Origin: an uncultured virus (IMG/VR IMGVR_UViG_3300010885_025158)
Taxonomy: Duplodnaviria; Heunggongvirae; Uroviricota; Caudoviricetes
DNA: 64,000 bases
Virus record (IMG/VR): IMGVR_UViG_3300010885_025158
Strand: one strand, 5' to 3'
Shown here: piece after piece, positions 1 through 6,720 of the stretch
Numbering within the stretch: the first letter of the stretch is position 1
Layout of the letters: each line of letters starts with the position of its first letter
Made by a program: the position numbers and the translations under genes
Notes under the pieces: generated by a model
Seen by the model: the letters and a program-made list of their open reading frames with translations, nothing else
Databases searched by the model: none
Told to the model about the DNA's origin: nothing

Positions 1-2
1 AT

Positions 3-59
3 TTCCAAAACCCAAATGAACGTGACCGCTGTGGTTGCGGAGAAAGTTTTCGAGTATAA
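3..59 (+). CDS. iscA: Fe-S cluster A-type carrier (IscA/HesB family), 3' end only
   Basis: Not in the ORF track. Frame 3 reads FQNPNERDRCGCGESFRV*, the NPN..CGCGESF signature of the IscA/SufA/ErpA C-terminus. Its TAA (57-59) overlaps the terL ATG (59-61). Confidence 0.85.
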   Translation, partial: FQNPNERDRCGCGESFRV

Positions 60-1348
60 TGAGCTTAATAATTTCCCGACCAGACGTCAATTGTGACGTA
101 ATAGTTGACTTTCCCGCTACCACACGCTTTATCAAGCTGCCTATTACCAACTACCTAAAGTTATTAGATATCTACGATACTATCAACCGACCCCAAATTG
201 CATTAATCAACGCAGTCAACGATCCACAATACCGTTTTATCTGCGCAGCCCTAGCTCGCCGACTAGGCAAAACTTATATCGCCAACATTATTGGGCAATT
301 AGTAACCTTAGTGCCTGGGTCTAATGTCTTAATTATATCGCCTAACTATAATCTCAGCTCAATCTCATTTGAGCTGCAGCGCCGCCTAATCAAACACTTT
401 GACCTAGAAGTTTCACGAGACAACTTAAAAGACAAGATCATTGAACTTGAGAATGGCAGCACCATTCGCATGGGCTCACTTTCGACTGTGGACTCAACTG
501 TGGGTCGCAGCTACGACTTAATTATCTTTGATGAAGCTGCATTGGGTGAAGGTGGTGAAGCTGCCTTTAACGTTGCACTTCGCCCAACCCTAGACCGACC
601 AGGTGCTAAGGCCCTTTTCATCTCAACTCCACGTGGTCGCAACAACTGGTTCTCACAGTTTTACAATCGCGGATTTGATCCCAACTTTCCAGAATGGGTT
701 TCGCTACAAGCTGACTATACAGAAAATACCCGCATGGCAGAATCAGATGTTGACGAAGCCCGCCGAAGCATGAGCAAGGCAGAGTTTGAGCAAGAGTACA
801 TGGCCAGCTTTACCACGTATGCAGGTCAAATCTATAACTATAGTGCCCAAGATGTAGAAACACCCGCAACCGACTTGATGGGCGAAGCCATTGCTGGCTG
901 TGACCCTGGCTATCGCGACGAAACTGCGTTTGTGGCTGTGGTATACGATCATAAAACCGATTGTTTTTGGGTAGTAGACGAATACTTAAAAGCGGAAAAA
1001 ACCACACGTGAGCATGCAGAGCAGTTTCAGCTGTTATGTGTGAAGTGGGGTATAGAAACCATTTTTATTGACTCAGCAGCTGCACAGTTTGCGTCAGACT
1101 TAGCTTACCTTTACAACTTGGCAACCACCAAGGCTAAAAAAGACGTGCTCCCCGGAATTGCTTATGTACAAACCTTAGTACAACAAAATCGCCTTAAAGT
1201 GGCCCCACACTGCCAGCATGTGCTAGCTATGTTAGATCAATACCGCTGGGATGATAAAGAAGGCTTGCAACGCGAGCGTCCTAAGCACGATAAGTACTCT
1301 CACATGGCTGATGCCTTACGATATGCACTTTATACTTATACACTATGA
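59..1348 (+). CDS. terL: Terminase large subunit, T5-like
   Basis: Walker A ARRLGKT, Walker B LIIFDEAA, coupling motif ISTPRG, RNase H-like nuclease motifs GCDPG and HMADALRY. ATG 59 preferred over TTG 35. Confidence 0.95.
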   Translation: MSLIISRPDVNCDVIVDFPATTRFIKLPITNYLKLLDIYDTINRPQIALINAVNDPQYRFICAALARRLGKTYIANIIGQLVTLVPGSNVLIISPNYNLSSISFELQRRLIKHFDLEVSRDNLKDKIIELENGSTIRMGSLSTVDSTVGRSYDLIIFDEAALGEGGEAAFNVALRPTLDRPGAKALFISTPRGRNNWFSQFYNRGFDPNFPEWVSLQADYTENTRMAESDVDEARRSMSKAEFEQEYMASFTTYAGQIYNYSAQDVETPATDLMGEAIAGCDPGYRDETAFVAVVYDHKTDCFWVVDEYLKAEKTTREHAEQFQLLCVKWGIETIFIDSAAAQFASDLAYLYNLATTKAKKDVLPGIAYVQTLVQQNRLKVAPHCQHVLAMLDQYRWDDKEGLQRERPKHDKYSHMADALRYALYTYTL

Positions 1349-2019
1349 TACCTAATAGACCTATTAATGTACCACCTAGTTTTAGACCACAGGAGGCCCA
1401 AAACTTTCAAACTACGCCTGTAGTCAGTGAAATTACAGGCGATACGGCAGATAGTGATTATATACCAGACGCAGAATCTGTGATTGTGGCTACACCACTT
1501 AACTTAGACCCTGCATACTGGATTCAGCATGTAGGTGCTAAAGTTGACATTGTAGCAGGCAACTTAGTGCTGTCCGAAACTGGCTTTTTAACTGTAAGCA
1601 CAAGTCCCCAACAATACGCACTATATGTTGATACCTGGACTGGTTTGGTAGCACCCATATGCCCGCGCACAGATTATCGTGCTAGACGTTACGAGTATCG
1701 TAAACAAGACTGCATTACCCTAGTGGCAGAATGGGTAGATAACCATTTTAATTTAAATAGCTTAGCAGCTGTAAAAGCCGTTAATAGGGTCGAGTATAGA
1801 AATTTATACATGACAGGCTTTGTGGAAAAGATTATTGATTTTGGCTTTCAACTTGTTACTAACTTACAAGTAGGCGACGTTGTTATGTATGATGGGTACG
1901 CGCAGTGTGGAGTTATTGTGGAAGAGGGCAAGATCTTATATCAAGTATTAGACAAGTTTAGTTGCATAGACATCATAGATATGAGCAAGATACAAGGAAT
2001 ATATAGATATGCCAACTAA
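1345..2019 (+). CDS. NlpC/P60-family protein resembling lambdoid tail assembly protein K, degenerate
   Basis: YEYRKQDCITLV (DC nucleophile motif), LQVGDVVMY and GVIVEEGKIL follow the gpK C-terminal layout. The expected His positions are substituted. Confidence 0.6.
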   Translation: MIPNRPINVPPSFRPQEAQNFQTTPVVSEITGDTADSDYIPDAESVIVATPLNLDPAYWIQHVGAKVDIVAGNLVLSETGFLTVSTSPQQYALYVDTWTGLVAPICPRTDYRARRYEYRKQDCITLVAEWVDNHFNLNSLAAVKAVNRVEYRNLYMTGFVEKIIDFGFQLVTNLQVGDVVMYDGYAQCGVIVEEGKILYQVLDKFSCIDIIDMSKIQGIYRYAN

Positions 2020-2623
2020 AAGACTTTATATAGATGGTAATGGCGTTTTAAGCATTACAAACTACGCAAATTCTACTAATGCACACGCTAATCCTACTGC
2101 AAATATTGATGATGTACACTTACACAGCAGCTTACCTTACTTACGCTTAAAACAAACTTTTGGCCCTGTTAACGTTACCTTACCAGCAATTGCAAAAAGC
2201 ACTTATGAGCCTCCTGCTGGTGGCGGCGGTAAGTCTGGCGGAGCAACTGGTCTTTGTGTAGTTGCCACAGAACTAACACACCAAGGACAATGGACTAGAC
2301 GTGACTATAATAGATTAACTTCGTGGAGCCGTAAAAAACTTGACAAAACGTTTTTAGGTCGTTGTTTACACTACGGATATCCTGTAGTTGCTGAACGTTT
2401 TGTATTGCCGTACTTAAAACAACCCAATACTTGGTTGGCCAAATATTTGGCCTGGTCATTTAATAATGCTACTGCCATCTTACAAAATAAATCATTCTCT
2501 TGGTTAAGCTTACCCAGTGTAGCATTATGGGTTGTAGCTATGACTATAGTAGGTGTATTTATAACCAAAAAACAACACCTTAAAACTATTGAAAAGCTAA
2601 CTGGGGGCAAGCATGGCCTATGA
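2009..2623 (+). CDS. Putative receptor-binding module N-terminal piece with Gly linker, Cys-initiated helical domain and C-terminal hydrophobic helix
   Basis: VLSI..NAHANP..HLHSSLPYL recalls the T5 pb5 N-terminus. Linker GGGGKSGG, then LCVVATEL...LHYGY, then TM-like SVALWVVAMTIVGVFI. Confidence 0.45.
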   Translation: MPTKRLYIDGNGVLSITNYANSTNAHANPTANIDDVHLHSSLPYLRLKQTFGPVNVTLPAIAKSTYEPPAGGGGKSGGATGLCVVATELTHQGQWTRRDYNRLTSWSRKKLDKTFLGRCLHYGYPVVAERFVLPYLKQPNTWLAKYLAWSFNNATAILQNKSFSWLSLPSVALWVVAMTIVGVFITKKQHLKTIEKLTGGKHGL

Positions 2624-2882
2624 CGTTGTATCGGGGTATATTAGTAATCATTTTTTAGGAACTACCACTGTTGCTGATCCAATTATTATGCTGGAGATTG
2701 ATGGAGCTGTACAAGCATGCAGTTATATTGTACAACGCATAGGCAACAGTGTTAGGTACGTATATCCCAGAGTGATTACAGTTAGTGGAGTAAATAACGT
2801 ATACTTAACCGCCATAAGTCAACTATACGGTAGCGATTTACCTGAAATAACAAAATCTATTAAAGTTTATGTATCGGAATAA
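2613..2882 (+). CDS. Small beta-rich virion-type protein (receptor-binding module piece)
   Basis: 89 aa, overlaps the previous stop, alternating beta-strand pattern. Confidence 0.45.
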   Translation: MAYDVVSGYISNHFLGTTTVADPIIMLEIDGAVQACSYIVQRIGNSVRYVYPRVITVSGVNNVYLTAISQLYGSDLPEITKSIKVYVSE

Positions 2883-2884
2883 CC

Positions 2885-3799
2885 ATGGTTGAAAGAGTAA
2901 GCATAACACCACAAGTAATGACACTACGAGATGCTGGAGGCAATCCTACATTTTCTACTGATTTTCGCTATATTAAAAATACTAGTCCAGGTACATTATC
3001 TTTAACGCAAGAAAACAAAATCCCCGTACCTTATAAGAGTTCAATTACTACTAGTCAAGATGGTGGACATACTACTTATGACCCAGGAATACTTGACACT
3101 ACTTTAAGTACAGGTACAAACTATAAACCATGGGATAGAATTGGTACTGCGCCAGCTAAAGGAACTTTTGTTATTACACCCCAAGCAATCTATAGATGGG
3201 GAATTGCTAGCCAGTCTGGCAGTAACGGTAGAATAACTAGATATTCTACTACTAACTTAAACAGTGGAACCCAAAATGTACTACTTGCTTGGCCAGGATT
3301 AATAGGGTATATATTAGTAAATGGCCAGTATCAGAGTAGGTACTATCCAGAATATGGAGCAAGCTACTGGAGCGCATTATACGCATATTTATATGATTGG
3401 TATTACGTACGAGTAGTAGGTGCTAGTCAATATCAAACATTCTTTAGAGGCGATGTAGTAGGCAGAATACTTCAGACTTCGGCAAAGAGCGGCGACAATA
3501 ACATCGACCCTTCCACCGCAACCACATTATATATACCAGTTGAAGCAGGAGATGTAGTTGACTTAGAGTATAACTATAATTACGATTATAATTATTCTAC
3601 TGGTCAATATGACTATGTAAGTCAAGGTCTGCGCATGTATTGGCAAAGCGTTAGTGGAGTAACAGACGGGTATTATAATGGATTTGGTATGCCAGCAGGA
3701 AGTATTAAATATTTAGGTGGTGTAGATGATACTGTTTACCCAATCAGGGCCAGATTTTACTCAGACACTGCAACTCTACCTTTAGGGGTTACAGCATGA
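2885..3799 (+). CDS. Putative receptor-binding/tail-tip protein
   Basis: Tyr/Gly/Thr-rich. N-terminus VSITPQVMTLRDAGGNPTFSTD is similar to that of the next gene. Confidence 0.5.
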   Translation: MVERVSITPQVMTLRDAGGNPTFSTDFRYIKNTSPGTLSLTQENKIPVPYKSSITTSQDGGHTTYDPGILDTTLSTGTNYKPWDRIGTAPAKGTFVITPQAIYRWGIASQSGSNGRITRYSTTNLNSGTQNVLLAWPGLIGYILVNGQYQSRYYPEYGASYWSALYAYLYDWYYVRVVGASQYQTFFRGDVVGRILQTSAKSGDNNIDPSTATTLYIPVEAGDVVDLEYNYNYDYNYSTGQYDYVSQGLRMYWQSVSGVTDGYYNGFGMPAGSIKYLGGVDDTVYPIRARFYSDTATLPLGVTA

Positions 3800-4302
3800 G
3801 TTTAAAAATTAGTGGTACAAATATAGTAGTTAACAATGCAAGTGGTGTAGAGCAGTTTAATAGTAATGACAAACTTGTTTACAGAAAAGCTACGGTTACA
3901 GGTAGCACAACCCTTGGGGGTTCTAATTCAGCTCAAGTACTTCAAGCAATACCCAATGTACTATTAAACCCGCAAAAAGACTTTTCTTTAATGTATATTA
4001 AAGTTACTGGTGGAACAGGTAACTTAATGAATACTTTTTTAAATTCTACTATTCAATTAAATTTCCCTCTACTTTTAAATGTTGCTTACAGCACAACAAG
4101 TGCTGCTGTAACAGAATACGACGTACTATCTGGAATGATTAATCCAGGAGAAGGGTGGAATAGTACAGGATTTGTGCCCTACGTAGAATTTGTAACAGTA
4201 AGTTACGCAAAATCAGGCGGTCCAGGGTATTTTGAAGAAAATCCCTTAACAACAGCAACAATAAGTTTTGACTGGAAAGCAGTCATTTTAAGCTATAGGT
4301 AA
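3796..4302 (+). CDS. Putative tail-tip protein
   Basis: N-terminus LKISGTNIVVNNASGVEQFNSN parallels the previous gene. ATGA overlap with it. Confidence 0.45.
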   Translation: MSLKISGTNIVVNNASGVEQFNSNDKLVYRKATVTGSTTLGGSNSAQVLQAIPNVLLNPQKDFSLMYIKVTGGTGNLMNTFLNSTIQLNFPLLLNVAYSTTSAAVTEYDVLSGMINPGEGWNSTGFVPYVEFVTVSYAKSGGPGYFEENPLTTATISFDWKAVILSYR

Positions 4303-4305
4303 TAT

Positions 4306-4518
4306 ATGGATTTAACAAATAAACAAATTAGAATTAACAGTACTTCAATCGGAGGACTACCAGCAATAACAGTAGTAAATGTATCCGTTATGCAGGAAGT
4401 AAGCCCTGGTATTAAACAAATATTGGGTACTTATGAGCTGCAGTTTGAGGAGGCATATAGCAATCCCGGAGACCCTAATCTGCTGAGTGCTATAACAGAA
4501 AAACTAACTGCGCTATAA
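4306..4518 (+). CDS. Hypothetical protein (possible fibre chaperone)
   Basis: 70 aa, tightly packed after the cassette. Confidence 0.5.
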   Translation: MDLTNKQIRINSTSIGGLPAITVVNVSVMQEVSPGIKQILGTYELQFEEAYSNPGDPNLLSAITEKLTAL

Positions 4519-4557
4519 AACGCAACTACAGCAAAACTGGGTCATAAAAAATCCTCA

Positions 4558-4586
4558 TTGACTTTTATGTGCTTATCCAGTATAAT
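4558..4586 (+). promoter_or_regulatory. Sigma70-type promoter for the dps-head operon
   Basis: TTGACT-17 bp-TATAAT with an A-tract upstream. Confidence 0.85.
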
Positions 4587-4640
4587 ACTAGGAAATGTAC
4601 TGGCTGGTTTAAAGAAATTTTACGGCTAACAGGAAAAATT

Positions 4641-5081
4641 ATGGACAAAGAACAATACTTACAGGCATTACGCGTAGCGTTTGCTAGCGAATTCAGTTTT
4701 TTCTTAAAGGCTGCCAACTTCCACTGGAATGTAGAAGGGTCACTATTCCCACAATATCACGAATTGTTTGGTAATATTTACCAAGAAGTTTATGGGTCAA
4801 TTGATGCCTTTGCCGAGGAACTACGTGCTGCCCGAATTTATACGCCAGCGGCTTTTGAAACACTAGATGAGCTTTCAGAAGTTGAATGTCAAGAGCTAGT
4901 ACCCAACGGTATGCAGATGACACAAGAATTATTGGCTGACTCAGACTTAATGGCAGAAATGTTTCATGAAGTGTTTATGATGGCAGAAGCGCAACACGAT
5001 CACGGTCTATCAAACTTTTTAGCAGACCGTCAAGATGCTCACCGCAAGCATTCATGGATGTTACGCAGCACACTAAAATAA
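4641..5081 (+). CDS. dps: Dps-family DNA-protecting mini-ferritin
   Basis: FHWNVEG, HELFGNIY, IDAFAEELR and KHSWML motifs. AGGA RBS before ATG 4641. Confidence 0.92.
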   Translation: MDKEQYLQALRVAFASEFSFFLKAANFHWNVEGSLFPQYHELFGNIYQEVYGSIDAFAEELRAARIYTPAAFETLDELSEVECQELVPNGMQMTQELLADSDLMAEMFHEVFMMAEAQHDHGLSNFLADRQDAHRKHSWMLRSTLK

Positions 5082-5513
5082 ATGGCTAAGAACACAAATA
5101 AACGTATTCCTGTTAAGTGGGTCAGAGACCGTGCTAAAGCAGCTTACGAAAAGAAGACTAGCTGTCACATCTGCGAAACCGCAGCAGACTTAGAGCTTCA
5201 TCATTTACACTCAGTAACAATACTCTTAGAAACATGGGCTGAACAAAAAGGCTATGACATTTCTACTGATGATGGTATTTTAGCCGTAAGAGACGAGTTT
5301 ATCAGCGAGCATCATGTTGAGTTGTATGAAGAAGTTTACACCCTTTGTAATCGTCATCATGTAGCGTTGCATAGTGTTTATGGTAAGGCTCCACAACCTG
5401 GATCGGAACCGAAACAGGCCCGTTGGATCGGGATACAGCGTGAAAAATTCTTGACAGGTGGAACCGTTGTACCCACAACAAGTTCAGGTAGTTTTTTCTC
5501 TGAGTTTATCTAA
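5082..5513 (+). CDS. T5-like HNH nicking endonuclease
   Basis: CHIC...LELHHLHS...TLCNRHHVALH. Lies directly upstream of the portal as in T5. Confidence 0.8.
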   Translation: MAKNTNKRIPVKWVRDRAKAAYEKKTSCHICETAADLELHHLHSVTILLETWAEQKGYDISTDDGILAVRDEFISEHHVELYEEVYTLCNRHHVALHSVYGKAPQPGSEPKQARWIGIQREKFLTGGTVVPTTSSGSFFSEFI

Positions 5514-5524
5514 AGGGAAAAGTT

Positions 5525-6709
5525 ATGTCATGGATTACACGTACAGGTGATTGGTTTCGCACAAAGCTGAACCCAGCACAATCAAGAATCGCACAAAGCG
5601 AAGGTAGCCGAATAGGTACTACCGCAAAAATTGGTTATTTACAAGCGTTTCAGAAACTAGAAGCTGTAAATAGATCAGTTAACATGGTAGTCTCAGCTTG
5701 CGCCAGCCTAGACTACGACGTTAAAGACAAAATACACGAAGGTATTGTTACTGGCATTCGTCAGAAACAACTATCTACACTGCTGAACTTTAGGCCTAAT
5801 CCTTATCAGTCAGCCCAAGATTTCAGAATGGCGATTTTCCAAGACTTAATCTTGGATGGTAATGTGTTTGTACACTTTGATGGTGTATTTATGTATCACT
5901 TACCAGCCAAAGACGTACAAATTTTACCTGATACAAAAACGTTTGTTCAGGGTTACTTGTACAACGGATTAGTAGAGTTCAAAGAATCAGAAGTGTTCCA
6001 CTTCAAAGATATTAATTCTAGAAGTATCTATCGCGGTAGTTCTAGAGTTGAAGCAGCAGACCAGTCAATCAATCTGCTATATTCAATGAAAGATTTCCAA
6101 GATCATTTCTTTGATAATGGAGCAGTTTTTGGATTAATCTTAACTAGTGATAATACACTATCACAAGTTGCTAAAGATAAAACTATTCAAAACTGGTTGC
6201 AACGATACAGTGCTAAATCCGGTGGTAAAAAGCCCGTAATCTTAGACTCAGGTTTAAAACCCCATTCAGTATCACAAACAAGTTTCAAGGAAATGGATTT
6301 TGATCTTTCAATCAAGACTCATTCAGCCATGATTATGCAAGCAATTGGAGTTCCGCCGATCTTAATGGAAGGTGGAAATAACGCCAATATCAGCCCAAAT
6401 TTACGACTATTTTACTTAGAAACAGTAATGCCTATTGTTAGAAGATTTACTTCTTCTTTAGAAAGATATTACGGTTACGACATAGAAGCAATTACAAGCT
6501 CTGTTGGCGCATTACAGCCAGAATTAAAAGAGCTTGCCGCATACCACTCAACACTAGTTAATGCAGGAATTATTACTGCTAACGAAGCACGAAAAGAATT
6601 ACGTTATGAGCCTATAGCAGGCAATGACGAAATAAGGATACCAGCTAATATTGCTGGTTCAGCTGCTAACCCAGCTCAAGGAGGACGTCCCGCCTCCGCT
6701 AAAGAATAA
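5525..6709 (+). CDS. Portal protein (HK97 family, T5-like)
   Basis: RPNPYQS, DLILDGN, FFDNGA, IGVPP and GIITANEAR motifs. Confidence 0.95.
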   Translation: MSWITRTGDWFRTKLNPAQSRIAQSEGSRIGTTAKIGYLQAFQKLEAVNRSVNMVVSACASLDYDVKDKIHEGIVTGIRQKQLSTLLNFRPNPYQSAQDFRMAIFQDLILDGNVFVHFDGVFMYHLPAKDVQILPDTKTFVQGYLYNGLVEFKESEVFHFKDINSRSIYRGSSRVEAADQSINLLYSMKDFQDHFFDNGAVFGLILTSDNTLSQVAKDKTIQNWLQRYSAKSGGKKPVILDSGLKPHSVSQTSFKEMDFDLSIKTHSAMIMQAIGVPPILMEGGNNANISPNLRLFYLETVMPIVRRFTSSLERYYGYDIEAITSSVGALQPELKELAAYHSTLVNAGIITANEARKELRYEPIAGNDEIRIPANIAGSAANPAQGGRPASAKE

Positions 6710-6720
6710 CAAGGGGTAAT

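Noticed and set aside
35..58. TTG start of terL at 35
   Set aside because: This stretch is better explained as the iscA 3' end in another frame. ATG 59 gives a coupled start.
4569..4640. N-terminal extension of Dps from GTG 4569
   Set aside because: It overlaps the promoter, and the RBS precedes ATG 4641.
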